Below, piece after piece: positions 1-13,800 of a stretch of DNA of 64,000 nt. Source of the DNA: Hamiltosporidium tvaerminnensis FI-OER-3-3 (lineage: Eukaryota; Fungi; Microsporidia); NCBI GenBank assembly GCA_022605425.2, contig JAKIMF020000004.1, forward strand, positions 124,001 to 188,000, written 5' to 3'. The position numbers and the translations under genes are program-made. The notes beneath the pieces were generated by a model. It was not told the DNA's origin. It saw nothing but the letters and a program-made list of their open reading frames with translations, and did not search any database. Every line of letters starts with the position of its first letter. Within the stretch, counting starts at the first letter, position 1.

Positions 1-154
1 ATAAAAAATAAGCTGTAATTTCGACAACTTTAGCGTTATCAGAAAATCTACATAATTCAGATAGCTATTTTAAGATAATATTTTGATAGATAGATTATCG
101 AATTACTATTTATAGTAATAAAATTTGTAAAAATGTTGAAAAAATGATTACTCC

Positions 155-1657
155 ATGTTTTTTACTATATTCCTTTGCTTCGAAATTTTACATTGTTATA
201 CTGGCTTGAATGGTGATCCAACAATTGTTGAAAACTGTTGCATTGAACTAGACCTTGTGCCACAGACGAATCGTGAAATTTCTATAATTATTAAAACCAT
301 AGATTCTGACATGCTGCCATGGAAATTAAATGAATTGGCATCTGTTATATCATACTATATTGAGTATGTCAAAAAATATACAAATTCTGTTCATCACAAA
401 TTTTTAACACGCTTCATATGCTTGATTGTCTACATTATACATCAAAAGAATAAAACCGAACCAATAGTATATAAGACAGAGCTTCTCTTTAATATTCTAT
501 CATTTGCAAAACTGTATGAATATAACAGATGCAATAAAGAAATGAATGATATTGAAAAAGCAAGAATAGTTTCTCTTTTCAAAACCGGTATGAAGCGTAT
601 AGAATATATTCATGAATCATTGGAAATAAGAACCCATAAAATAGAAATTGACTATCTCTTGACTATAAAAAATATCGAAACCAGTTGTGATCTTAATAGT
701 GACCTGGATTTCAAAATACTAGACAATACTTATGTCGTAGATGAAAGAAATATAGAGTCAGATCTTAGTAATTATCTCAAAAGTGGATCTTTTGAACAAA
801 CATATTCGTTTTATTTATATTTAAAGCTTGATTTTCTATTAAAAAACCGGGAAGAGTTGAATTATGAGGTTATAATCTTTCCTTTAAATCAAATTTTTTT
901 TAACAAAGATTTTTTTAATCAGCTTTTGGATCTTAATTTATCTTTAACAAAGGATTTAAGCATAAAATTTGATCAAGTAAAATACAAAAAATTTATGATG
1001 TTCATCTCTGAACCATACATCAATACCGTTTTAAACCAATCCTCAAGTTTTGATTCCATTTTCGAATTTTCCGAAAAGACTTTTTTTAGTAAAAATGAAA
1101 ATATTTCTAAGGAATTTCCAGAATATCTTTTGGAATTTTTCATAGAAAAACAGTATGAAAATCAAATAGATTTGATTTATGGTTTTTTAGATGATATATC
1201 TACACCACAGTTCAATAAGTATATTCTTTTGGTTCTTTGTTTGAAATTTCCTTGTTTCAACCAAAATATATGCAATAAAGAAATACTATTGAGAATTATC
1301 TTGGAATGCATATTTTTAACCAATATTTTAAGCCCGGAAATAATTAATGTAAAGGGATTGATTTCTGGAGAAATTCTTGAGATTAATTTATTTCAAATCT
1401 TAGAACAACATCTACAAAATCAAAATATCAAAATAAAAATACCGATTGATAGAAAAGCACTTTTCCAAAGATATATTCCAGAGACATTTAAATTTTTAGA
1501 GAACATGGTGATTATAATTGCATGTGCAAATCAATTTTTATTCTTGAAAATAGGTAATTTGGTTTCGAAAAAACTACGGAAACTAAAATTGAAAGTTTCT
1601 GATACACTGTTTGGCAATTTTAAAATTTATTTATCGTATCTTTTGACTTGGAATTAA
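155..1657 (+). CDS. Orphan protein with predicted signal peptide; probably the N-terminal part of a type I membrane protein continuing into 1648-2166
   Basis: 500-aa ORF, hydrophobic N-terminus (MFFTIFLCFEILHC), CTCC immediately before the ATG; no recognisable domain. Confidence 0.7.
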   Translation: MFFTIFLCFEILHCYTGLNGDPTIVENCCIELDLVPQTNREISIIIKTIDSDMLPWKLNELASVISYYIEYVKKYTNSVHHKFLTRFICLIVYIIHQKNKTEPIVYKTELLFNILSFAKLYEYNRCNKEMNDIEKARIVSLFKTGMKRIEYIHESLEIRTHKIEIDYLLTIKNIETSCDLNSDLDFKILDNTYVVDERNIESDLSNYLKSGSFEQTYSFYLYLKLDFLLKNREELNYEVIIFPLNQIFFNKDFFNQLLDLNLSLTKDLSIKFDQVKYKKFMMFISEPYINTVLNQSSSFDSIFEFSEKTFFSKNENISKEFPEYLLEFFIEKQYENQIDLIYGFLDDISTPQFNKYILLVLCLKFPCFNQNICNKEILLRIILECIFLTNILSPEIINVKGLISGEILEINLFQILEQHLQNQNIKIKIPIDRKALFQRYIPETFKFLENMVIIIACANQFLFLKIGNLVSKKLRKLKLKVSDTLFGNFKIYLSYLLTWN

Positions 1658-2166
1658 ATAAAACATTCGAGGCACCATCTAACCTTAAACCCGTATTTGT
1701 ACCTATACTCCAACCAGAATCTGAATCTCAACCTGAACAAGAAACTGCTACTAGAAGAGAACCTGCACATGAAAGAGAACCTAAAACTAAACGAGAGCCT
1801 GAAACAATACGAGAACCTGCATCCAAGCATGCATTTGAGCGTGCACCTAAAGCCCCTTATGCGAATAAACCACTAACAAATGTCCATAAAAAAGAAAACT
1901 CACCGAACCCACCACCGAACACCAAAGTTGTGCAAAAAAATAATGGAACTAACCCTGAAAATTTAACCGAAACGACTAGAAGTAGCAAATTAAAAAAACA
2001 AGAATCAAAAATATTGGAAAGTGAAACAGAATCCAAAAGATCAGAAGCAAAGCCCCAAGAAGAAAATAATGCATTTAGAACGATCTTAATAGTGGTATTG
2101 GTTTTTACATCAGTTATTGGCATATCTGCGACCGGATATTGGATTTATCTTGAGCAATTAGAATAA
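1624..2166 (+). CDS. Pro/Glu-rich stalk plus C-terminal transmembrane helix; likely frameshifted continuation of the 155-1657 ORF
   Basis: Frame opens after TAA at 1621-1623 and contains no ATG; 6-aa xREP repeats; TM segment ILIVVLVFTSVIGISATGYWIY. Confidence 0.6.
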   Translation, partial: NLFIVSFDLELNKTFEAPSNLKPVFVPILQPESESQPEQETATRREPAHEREPKTKREPETIREPASKHAFERAPKAPYANKPLTNVHKKENSPNPPPNTKVVQKNNGTNPENLTETTRSSKLKKQESKILESETESKRSEAKPQEENNAFRTILIVVLVFTSVIGISATGYWIYLEQLE

Positions 2167-4586
2167 AGTTTTTTGGTTTATATTTTATAAAATTTGGTTT
2201 CTTTGAAAAAGAACTTTTAAACAGCCTAAAAAAATTGAGAAGCACTTTCTAATTTAACTAGAAATTTTGCTCGTAGAAACAAACTTTCTTTTAAATTTAT
2301 AAAAATCGGAAAATAATCCTAAACTTTATTATCTAAGCTATATTTTCTTAAAATTTTCTGTAGTAATTTTTTATTCCCATCTGCTTGTTTCTTATATATT
2401 TTTCTAGCCGTTCATTTGCAAATTATTACCCTCTTTGAGCAATTTCTCAATAAAAATTTAGGCTTTTTGTAACCTGGATTTTCTCGTCTTTTTTTATATT
2501 TACGTTGAATATTTCGGAGCCTCGGCTACAATTTTATGTCTGTTCACTTTCCACTTATGTTCATTCGTTTCGATCCTTTTTCTTGAAGAAATTTATTGTT
2601 CTGAAGTGTTTTATTTTTCTGCTAAAACCGTGTTTCTTAACGATATGCTTATTTATTAATTTATTTATGTATAAATTCATACACATTTTTATTAAAAATC
2701 TTTCAATTTATTCAAGTATAAAGTTTCGCCAAGATATTCAAGCAAAATTGTTTTTGCAATTTTTATTGAGAATATGAATAAATTAGAAAGAAAAATAGTA
2801 GAAATGCATAAATCTTTTCATACAATTTCTTGTGTAACTGTAAATTATTAGAATGGGATTTCAACAAAGTGGTGTAATTTTTTTTAAAATGAAAACGTCA
2901 CAAAAATAAAAAAAATATCTATTTGTTATCCTTGCTAATATTACAATATATAAAGAAATTTTACAATTTTTATTCAAATCTTTTCTTGAACTATTAGAAT
3001 TTTTTTAATTGCTTTGTGTTCACTTCTACTCACTATAATTGATTATATGAGATTTATGAACAAATAAAAAGAGTCATATCTAATTAAACCATTATTATTG
3101 GTGTCTTGTAATGTTTTAACTAATTAAACATTTCGAGGCGAGTCGTGGTAGTACGAGACATTACTAAATTATATAAATGATAACTTACAAATTTTAAATT
3201 TTTTAGAGAATTTAAAAATTCTATGAATCATTTTTTCCAATAATTTTTTTCATTTGAGTTAGTTTGCCGGAAAAAATTTTTTTAGAAAGAACGGCGATTC
3301 TCCCTTCAATAGTTATATATTTTTGCCAATTAATATAAAATATCTTCGGTTTTTTTCTAAATTTTAAAGACCCCTTGAATATTATACATCTAGTTTATAT
3401 TTTCAAACATTAAGAAAAATTATTTGGAATAAAGAATAAGCTAAAATAAATATTTTTGAATTCCTGAAAAAAAACTTATATATATTCTGTGACACGCCAC
3501 AAATTATATATTGGATGATTTTGTTAATTTTATATATTAATGATACCAAATTTTAACGTTTTTTTCTAAGTAAAGATTAATATGTGTTTTTTACGCAATA
3601 GGGCCTGTGCTTTTCTAGGTCTACTTAACAAGTATACATAAATTTTTTACAAGTTACAATATCAAACAATAAATATATTTTATAAGCGAAAGCTTCTAAA
3701 AAATGATTAATTGATGTATAATCTAACCTGTGAAAATCTTCCGAGTTTTATAGCAAAAAAATTATCTGAATACATCATACAGAGAAAAAAATTTACAAAT
3801 TTGAATGTTTACCTGAAATAAATTTTAATAAAACTTATAGTGAAACCAACAAAGTATATTTCTATGTGTTTTGTAAATGAATTCCCTATAATCATATTTC
3901 AGAGTATATTTTGCAATATTCAGTAGAATCTTAATTCTTTATTTTTTATGGTAAAATAATAAGAGAGAATCAAAAGTTTTTGAGCTCTAGCAAAAATATA
4001 AAGATCTAATGATATAAGACATATATAACTCCCATATTACATATAATCAGAAATATCTCAGTTAATATTTTCAAGGTCTTTGTGAAAGAATAAATTTATA
4101 ATCGTTAATTCGAATGATAGAACAAAAAGAAAGTCTGACTTAACATAACCCAGTCAAAGTGAAACGTTGAAAGAAAGAAGATAGCTGATAAAAACATCAT
4201 ATTGAACAATTTTCATAAAAAAAAAACACTAAAAATGAAATTTTGTTTTCTTATAAATACACATTGAAAATATCTTAATATAAAATATTATTTTACAGAT
4301 GAAGTAATTAAGAGACAAAATTTAATAATTATTTTACTGTAAGTTTAAACTGAATATAAAAATTTGTATTAAACAAAATTCAAATATATTTTTTCATTTA
4401 GATGAATACAAAGGTTTGAATTCAATATTACATGTCATTGTGAATTATTAGGAACCAATTATAGCTAGATTTGACTTAAATATACACGAAAAATAGCCTA
4501 ATTTTTATATATTACGCATGGTTTTTTGAATTCTTTTACCTTTGTATATTTTTTAGTTTTAAATTTTTATACAAAATTTGAAAGTA

Positions 4587-5316
4587 CTTTATTTAAAAGT
4601 AGCCCATCTTGTTGAAACAGGGGCAAGTGTTATATTTGTTTTTCATGATATTAATGCAGTTCTAGGTTTAAAATAAGTAAGTGCTACTTCAAGACTCCAT
4701 CAGTGTCCTTTTAAATACTTATATCCCAAAGCCTTTCATCTACCAGGTGTGTAGAAGCTAATTACTAGGCGATTCAGTTTCCCGAAGTTAGTTTATGTCC
4801 GTTTTATGGAGTGTGATCGAAAGCCGAGGCCCTCCTCTAGGCTCCCCCAAGACTATGCCGCATTCCCACTTACTTTACACCTTCCGAACCCAGTAGACTT
4901 CTAGCTAAGATTTATTTCAGAGATTTACATGGGGTCCACCTAAACTTTGCAATGTTATACCAACAGCTATAACCTGCTACTTGGCACTCCCAGCTTATAA
5001 TGGTTTTTATTTTTATATCCTAGGTGCTAAGTATTCTAACCCGAGTAAGCAAAGCTAGGTTTCTATGCTTTTAAATGTCAATTACCTATATTTTCAGCCG
5101 TTGTCTGCAATCTAGTTACATAAAAAATCACAAACTAAATTTTTAGAAAAGTCTCGCCATTTTGTAGACCTTCTCCTACTCGTACAAAATCTCATGAAAC
5201 AACCGAAAATGTAGTTTGATTATATTACCACCGAAAATCAATCAATGATATTCACACCAGTTTCACATACTCATTGCCAAGCAAAAAATTTTTTATGTGG
5301 GTATGTTCCTTCCACC
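4587..5316 (-). mobile_element. SINE-like ~730-bp non-coding repeat, copy A
   Basis: Colinear with the reverse complement of 21064-21793 along its length; ends in ...CTTTTAAATAAAG on the minus strand. Confidence 0.9.
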
Positions 5317-5584
5317 AGCCTATTGGTTAAAAACTTATTAATCAAAATTATTTATCATTTTGTCAAATTATAAACAAGACTAATATAACATATTCTTAAC
5401 TAATTCCCTCAAATGAATCTATAGTATGTTTTTAAGGAGATAATCAAAGTTATTTCAGCAGATAAATACAATAAAAAACACATAGTTTATTTAACAATCC
5501 TTTTATTCATAAAACCAGATCGGATTTATTTCTAGGAATATTAAAAATTTCTCGAAAATTTTCATGTAAAAATTGACGGAAGTA

Positions 5585-6290
5585 GGATGGAAGAAAGATA
5601 ACCACAAAAAATCATATCTGCTTTGCAATGAATAGGTAAAATGGATGTATGAAATCAAGTTAGGTTTTTTGTGATGTTAAAACCCCACTATATTTTTGTT
5701 TCTTCCACGAGAGGTTGTAGGCGAGGAGAAGACCTATTAAACGGCGAAAGTTTTTGTAAAATATATTTGGTGGTTTTTTATGTTACTAGATTGCAGATTT
5801 CGATCTAACTTGTGAGTAATTACGATATAAAAGCATAGAACCTAGCCCAGCTCACTTGGGTTAGATGGTTTAGCACTCGAAGATGTGAAAGGAAAATCCT
5901 TTGTAGCCAGGAAAATTAAGTATCATTTTTTACCTTTCATTTTACATTCAAATAGACTAAACGAGCTTTTTTATGTAGACGAAATATATCATGACTAGAA
6001 GTTTATATAGTTAGTTAAGTGTGGATTGTTTTTAAGCTGCACGTTTTGGTAAATTCCCAGGTAGCCTCACCTGTGATCAGACTCTAGCCAGCCGACTTCA
6101 ATTAACACCAGACAACCGCTTCGCCTATTAATTAGGTTTTAGATATTTTTTATACGAGAGGCTTTAGAATGTAGGTATTGTAGAAGTACCGATGGAATAT
6201 TGGGCTGAATTATTTGTAAAACCCAAAACGCAGTTAATGTAATGAAAAAAAATAACTTTTCCCCAATTTTTATCCGATGCAATATTTTTC
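5585..6290 (+). mobile_element. SINE-like repeat, copy B (diverged), head-to-head with copy A
   Basis: Begins GGATGGAAGAAAGATAACCAC; shares blocks such as AAAAGCATAGAACCTAGCC and CGCCTATTAATTAGGTT. Confidence 0.85.
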
Positions 6291-7868
6291 GAATTAATGT
6301 GCCAAGTAACACTCAAACGTAATAATTTTAGGTTTCTATAAATATCATGGGGAAATGAATTGTTGTGTCTATAAGAATCAATCTTTTTGATATATTTTCA
6401 AAGTAAATTAAAGTATTTACTCCTTTTCAATACAGTTATTTCTTTTCTAGAATGAATTAGAAAAATTTTTATTTGTTACTATATTTACTAAATATTCAAA
6501 CGAATTCAATTAAAAATAATTTTAAGATCTAATTAAAAATAGCAAGATTATCGATTTAAAAAACAGTGGTGCTTCTTTAAAGTAATAAAAACAATTTATC
6601 AGATTTTTTTCAAAAATTCTATTTTCTAATATAACACTAAGATTCGTTTAAAATTAAATACATTTTAAATATTATATTTGCTAAATTTCGATTTGTAGAA
6701 TAATATTTAACTTCTTTTGGTGTTTTTGATTTTTTTAATTTTTTTTAAAAAGAACAATTATTACTTTTCAAGATAAATTAATTCAATATTTTTTTTATTA
6801 AATTATTCGTTAAAAGAAAAATTACTACTAATATTTAATTTATAAATATATTTCTTGTTAAAGAACAATTAAGAAAAAAAATGATTTTTTTACTAAATTT
6901 CAATGATTTAAAGTATTAAATTTATATGAATGAAAACAAATTTATTCTAATTTTATAAATTTTCAAGAAAGCTGCAATTAATCATAAAATAATATTTTTT
7001 GAGAAAACTCTTTTGTGAATGAATTTTCTGCCTTAAATTTAAAACCAAGTGTTTCAGAGAGGATATATTCAGTCAAGGTGAGAAGATTTTAAAAGTGGTC
7101 AATGCATCGCTTTTTGAAAATTAACATCTATTAATGATATTCGTATTTTAATTTATATAATTTGATTAGAGAAAATTTAATTTAAAATAATTAAATTTTT
7201 TTTAAATATTTATTTCGCTATTTTTGAATTTAGATTTATGATTAGGTTTAATTAAAAAAAATCAACTGAGAAAACATATTTATAAACAATTGGAATATAA
7301 ACAAAAGCTTTATGGTGCTTATTTTTTTTATTTTTACATCATCAGCATTTATGTTAAGAACTTTGAAAAGTATTCTATTAGATCAATTCCTCATTGAAAA
7401 TTTGAAATTATCGCACTAATAAATATTAAAATTATATTATTATGAAACAATAACCTTATCTTATGATAATACACGTTTTTGTTTATGAAACTTGCATGAA
7501 TTAAATATTAATAATTTAATTAATACAATATTGTTAATTCATTATCCGAAGTTCTAGAATATGTTTGGAATATGTGTAATAAATAAATCATATTTTTTAA
7601 TTCAATAAATTTATGTTTACAATTTGTGTTACATGTATTTATCTATTTCCAAGTGTACTTTATGAAATTAAATGACACAATACACTTCAGATATTTTCAT
7701 AAATTGACTAATCATTAACCTGAAATCTTTCTTATCTAATCTATGATTGGTTATATGAGTGATCGAAGTCTTATTTTTTCTAATGAAACAATCTCATTTA
7801 ATATAATTGGTTGATTTTCCAAACAAGGAAAAAGGGGAAAAATAAAAAAAAAATGAATCTCATAACAT

Positions 7869-8312
7869 ATGAGGGATGATTGTGAGCAAAGTGATGAGAG
7901 GAGCGAAAGATGCAGCAGTGACTCTAAAATTACAGAATATAAGAAAAGATCGAGAACAGTAATGAGCCCGGGACAAGCCAAGGTATTGAAGAAATATTTT
8001 GAAATTAATACTTTCCCGTCTACGGAAGTACGTGAAGAGCTTGCTCGTACGCTCGGAATGAAGCCACGTACAGTACAAATATGGTTTCAGAATCAAAGAC
8101 AGAAAACCAAGCATCGCCATGAAGGTCTTTATAATCAACTATACAACCATGCTTTTTATAATTCTTCTTTGGCTCAAATTAATCATTATCTTCCCAAATC
8201 TTGTACCGGACTCGATATTTTGGCAGAAGCTGCATTAGGAAATCATATTGATTATAAAACTACTAAAGAAAATGTAATGAAAAACAAGTTAAGAGATAAG
8301 ACACAACAATAA
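7869..8312 (+). CDS. Homeodomain transcription factor
   Basis: KKRSRT...YFEINTFPS...ELARTLGM..RTVQIWFQNQRQK homeodomain signature. Confidence 0.95.
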   Translation: MRDDCEQSDERSERCSSDSKITEYKKRSRTVMSPGQAKVLKKYFEINTFPSTEVREELARTLGMKPRTVQIWFQNQRQKTKHRHEGLYNQLYNHAFYNSSLAQINHYLPKSCTGLDILAEAALGNHIDYKTTKENVMKNKLRDKTQQ

Positions 8313-10474
8313 TAAAACTAATTTTATCAAAAAATTAATTTAATTAATTATTTTTTTAAAAAAAAGCAATCAGAATTTTTAATTAATTAATTGCTTTATA
8401 TTATTTAAATTGTTTATTAATTTCTATTATTGTGAAATTAATTAACTATATTTGGACATCACAATCATATGTTTAATTAATCAAATTTTTTTTATTCTTT
8501 AATTTTTTTTGATATTTGTGGTGAACTTATCGAAAATAAATTTTATTCGCTAAAACAAATCATTTTTTCTTTCAAAACTTGACTCTTTCTTATAGAATTC
8601 GATAAATTAAAAAAATTAATTCTTAGTTTTCAATATTGAATTTCAATCAACAAATATTTTTAATAATTTGTTTTTAAAATAAAAACGTAATTTTATCTAA
8701 AAAACATTTAAGAATTGTGTATTTCATATCAATATATGAACATTTAAAATATTGGTTGAAGCATTCAGCGAAATTATTTTTTAATTTGAACTTTACAATT
8801 TTTTTATTTAGTTCTCTAAAATTTAAATTATTGTTGATTATAATTGATTGTAACTTCTCTTAGGAAATATTTTATCAAAAAATATCTTATCTAGAGGTTC
8901 TCTTTATATTAATTCTCTTTTCAAATTATAAAAAAAATATTTTTTTTCCGGTAATATACTAAAAATATATTAATTAGAAAAAAAATAATTAATCAAATGA
9001 ATTTATTTTTAATATTTCTTAATTTATTTTTTAAAAAAACACTTTTAAGAAAAAATGTTTTTATAGCATTTTACTGTCCACTTTTAATTTTTTCCTCAAG
9101 TAATGTATTTAAATGTTGTAAAATATATATTCTGAACTATATATGAATTTAAATATAAATCAGTACATAAAAAAATTCAAATTTAATTTTTTTATCTGAG
9201 AGACATAATATAGATTATTTCTGATCCTAGGAAAGTTTACACAAATATTTTCATAGCTCCTTTAATGAAAATGTAAATCATATATTTAAATTTAGGAAAA
9301 TATGTGAAAAACTTATGTATTTTTATCAAATTCTAATATTAATATCTATAAAAGATCAAAATTATAAAAGTTCTAGAATTCAAATATGTTTTTCACAAAA
9401 TCGGTTTATATAGATACTCTAGAAAGCACTCTGTACGGAAAACTAGTTTTGATCAAATAGATTTAATGAATTTTATTGCAAAAACTTGCTTTTATGATGA
9501 ATTATGGCAAAGTGTTAAAAAGTAAAGCAAATTTACTAAATAAAAATAATTTACCGGGTTAATCGCTTAACTATGCGTATTTATATCTGTAAATTGATCC
9601 TACAATACAAAAAATATTTCAAACCATGTTCTTAATCATAATTGATTTTTTTTATTGGTACATTGTATAATTAGCTCAGATCTTGGTCTTTTTAGTGCTT
9701 TGTCTGTAATTCTTATTCTTCCCCCTTTTTTAATCCAAATAACCTAAATGGCCAGAAATATACTAAAAAATGCTAGATAAGTCGGTTCACCAAAAAAAAA
9801 CTTAAGCCAAACGATGATTTGAGGTCTTAACAGAAAGATATTTTTGATATTTTTATATCACTTGCTTTTTAGTCAAATTTATGGCAAAACGTTTTAATAA
9901 AATATAAATACGTGCAATTTTAAGCATAATATCTTTATAAATCATGTGGATTCTGACATTTTAATCTAGAAACTGTTTTTTTTGCTTTAACATATGGTTT
10001 TGATGTTATATATGTAAATATAGAATCCTTCTTACAGGATAATTTGTTATTCAATCTATAATTTGACTATTTTTATAACTTGAATTGTTTTGTATTTTTG
10101 ATTGAAAATTTAAGGATAGAGAAATCAAACGTATGTTTTGCTCGGATTTAAAGCAAAAATAATATTTTATGAATTTTGTGAAACTTGATGAGTTTCATTC
10201 AATACATATTTGTGATGTTTGAGGAGCATTATCTATAGTATTCTGTTTCCTCATAAGCAAGGTATCTATTTATAAAGTCGCTTTTAATTTATAGATTCAA
10301 AAAATATTATCAAAGAAGAATAAAATAACAAAAACCTACAAATAGTTAATTTTACACTAAATCTATCAGAATAGGTTGCGTCTATGAATGGTGAAATCAG
10401 AATCTCGCATATCATAATTTTTATTCTTAATTACATAGAGGCTTATATAATGATTTTTTTATTAGAATTATAAA

Positions 10475-10845
10475 AAATGGTATTGAGGCATTATACGCAA
10501 AAATATAGACGGAACGATTTCCTTTGATCGATAAATAGGACTTGAGTCGGGACTAAATGCCGAAGAGATTAGGAAAAAAGCGTATATTGCATGTTATTTA
10601 AGGAGCTGTGATGCATAAACAACCAACACCTCTTTCCACAAATGAATACCGAGGAATATGGTGTCAAATAACCAAATGCAAAAAATCTCTTACCCCTTAT
10701 TTTATATGACCTGACTTCGGTAGAAGAATCGACAATAAGCGTAAATAAAAAGTCGAATTTAGAGGAAGGCAGTGAATTGATCAAAAAGATGGAAGAAATA
10801 ATTTAAAAGACAGAAAATTTGTTAACCCAGAATTTTATTAATTAA
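10475..10845 (+). pseudogene. Decayed 3' fragment of the RLE non-LTR retrotransposon
   Basis: Matches 33720-34060 and 58780-58915 (GGACTTGAGTCGGGACTAAATGCCGAAGAG; TTTGTTAACCCAGAATTTTATT). Confidence 0.85.
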
Positions 10846-13800
10846 ATTAAAAATGGTAGACATAAAAAAAGTATGCAGTGAAAAACGAAATAGAATAAAA
10901 ATTCAGCAAATTGTGCTAAAGAATGAACAAAATACAAACAAGGTATATATATAGAGCAACATTCGGGTACAAATCTCGAACTCACTGTATTTCATATTAA
11001 AATGATTCCATCTCAAATAACACGAAATAATTTGAATTTCTGGCTTAATTTCTTGCCATGTTTCAAAATACTATTTTCCTCTTCGGTTTTAGCTATTGAA
11101 TTTAATTTATCGCATGAAATGATAAATCATAATATTGCAGCGTCTTCAAATAAATGAGTTAATTGTGTTGGCAAATATAATCGATTCGGCAGTGGCTTAC
11201 CATTTGAAATAGCTTCGAATTGTTTTTTTTGCAGTATAGATATGTTCTTCGAGTAATTCACTGAAATGGTCAAATTGAGCATCACAGAGTACAACCTGAA
11301 ATCATTTTAAGTTTTATAATTTTAAAAGTTTAAAAATTAGTCAGAAAAAGAGGTTGAACAGAATCTTGGGCTGGATATTATGAAACAGACATATAATCGC
11401 AATACCTCGCTGAGAAATGATTGTTTTTTTGACACCTTTAGTAAATTATGTTGAGGAATTATTATGTACTAATCAATAAATTTCAAAGAGTATAAGATTC
11501 AAAGCCGAAACCTTCCGTTTTAACCAGTAAATTATGAAATTATAAGCCCGTTTGAGGAAATGAGTAATATTCAGATTCTCATGTACCTAATTTGATTACA
11601 GACGCCAAGCCTCTCATACAAGCCGCAGGTATGCGATAATGAGACAACTCAAAAGAAAGGTATAGGTTTGGATAAAGTAAATACTATAATGTAAATTTTT
11701 TTAGTAGTAGTTAACAAAAATCTTTGAAGATATTCACTGCCGAAGATACTAATATTGAAAAAGTAAAAACCTAAAAACAACGTCTGAGTGTTTAATTATA
11801 CTTTGAGCTGAAAAATTAATTTTTGAGGCTTTAGTTGAACACAATCAGTATCTTACTTTAATTTTTGAAATTTACAGTTTATGAAATTATAAAGAGCTAT
11901 TTCTATGCTAAAATTGTATGTTTGGGCATTTCTTAGGTCAGAAGTAGATTTATTTGGTAATTATTCGTGAATTTAGATCTGAGCGTATAGCTAATTGTGT
12001 TTAAATTTTGTGATTTTGGTTCATGATGTGCATTAAGATGTACGGCATGTTCACATAAAATTGATATATGTCTGTATTTGTACCGGGTACATCCAAATCA
12101 AACTTTCTTTGTTTGATAAATTTATAGATATCATTGCTTGTCTTCCAACTAAAATCTGCATGAATAAGTGATGTTTAGATTTTTTAACCAAGAAACCCAT
12201 AATTCCTTACGAATATCTCTATTACCTTGAGAAATTAAAATGTTTAGAAGGTAAATAACCACGTGGCTATTTCTAATGTGAATTTACGCCAAAAATTTTA
12301 ACCAGCATTCTGCAAAGATATTATGACTATATACCAATCACGTTCATGCCAAACCCTCCTAAATTATCTAGAAATCGTGAAAAAGGTTTTTCGGAAGAGT
12401 AGAAATTCAAATGCCGCAGCTATGAAATTCATGATTTAGAAAAGATAGTTAAAGTGGCTAAATATCAGCCCCCATCTAATTTTGCTCTTAGTATATAACA
12501 TGGAAACATCCTATAGCTAAAGATATATGAAAAAAAAATATTTTTCAATTTATACGTTCTGTTCATGAAATGCCTCAAAAAAATTGACTTCCTGGTCGAA
12601 TTCTAAAATTTAATTAACCAATATTATCAAAATAGAGTATGCAACTTTTATTACGGCTTATGAAAAATAAAAACTTAAATCTCGAATATAAATTTTTCCA
12701 AAAGATTTTTACCGGTTAAAAAATGACTATTTATAGATCTTTTGAGTCGCAAGTTAAATTAAAAAATCTATAATGTGCCAATTTATACGAATATAGGTTC
12801 TTCTATAACTAATACTCATTTTCATTGATGTTTTACGCTTCTTTTAATCGTGTATTTACTCATGTTATAAGGATAAATGAAATGTAATCTTTCTTGTCAC
12901 AATGGCTTATAACTAAAAAAGGAAAATCTACTAAAATTATGCTTAAAATGAGGAACTGGCTTTTTTTAGAAAAACTTATGCTTTTCAATACCTAGAAATC
13001 CTAACATGCACCAAAAGAAATAATCGGGGTTTATTTTGGAACTAAAAGAGAATATTTTTAAAAAAGTGGAAAACTTTATTGAATAAATTACATATTTAAT
13101 ATGTATTTTAATGTAATTTTGTAAAAAACATCGTCACTTAGCCTTCACGTCGGAGTAATTGAATTTAGACTGCGGATTTTTCTGAATTGATTATACGGAA
13201 GATAATGGTAAACAAAAAAGTATTTTCAAACGAGTCTTTAGAAAATTTAATCTACCTACTGTTAAACTTAACAGAGCATAATTGATGTTCGGTTATGAAT
13301 TAAAGGTATACTCGAACCTTATGGTTTTCTAAAAAGAAGGTTCGAATTATGAAGCATTAGAACAATCATAAATGAGGAGAATCGGCAAAGAAAAACACAC
13401 TCGAGTCTAATAGAGGCTTCTTTAAGAAAAATGGGTCTGTAAGAAACATTAAAAGAGAAATTTCGGAAAATCAGAAAAACGAATCATGAGCCACAAATAA
13501 ATCATAATTACATTTATAGTTCCATAATTACAAAATTAGGAGCAGAAAGCTTCCATCGCTATGAATAAAAAAAGAATATTAACACCCAAACCTCTGAAAA
13601 AAAAATTTCTGTTACTTCAGATAGAGATGTATCTGAATGTAGAAAGAACATGTTTTATTATAAACCTAGAAAACAGTAGTTAGTTTTGCGATTAGTATAA
13701 AGAAAGGCTTAATAATAGATATATAGATGCCACAATGAGATTAATTTATATACTTATATAATTTCTTAAATGCTTTGATTTCATGAATAGAAACCCTTCA

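Noticed and set aside
11000-13700. Possible decayed coding or transposon sequence (similar texture at 59680-60560)
   Set aside because: No ORF or diagnostic motif that I can support by eye; needs tBLASTx or HMM searches
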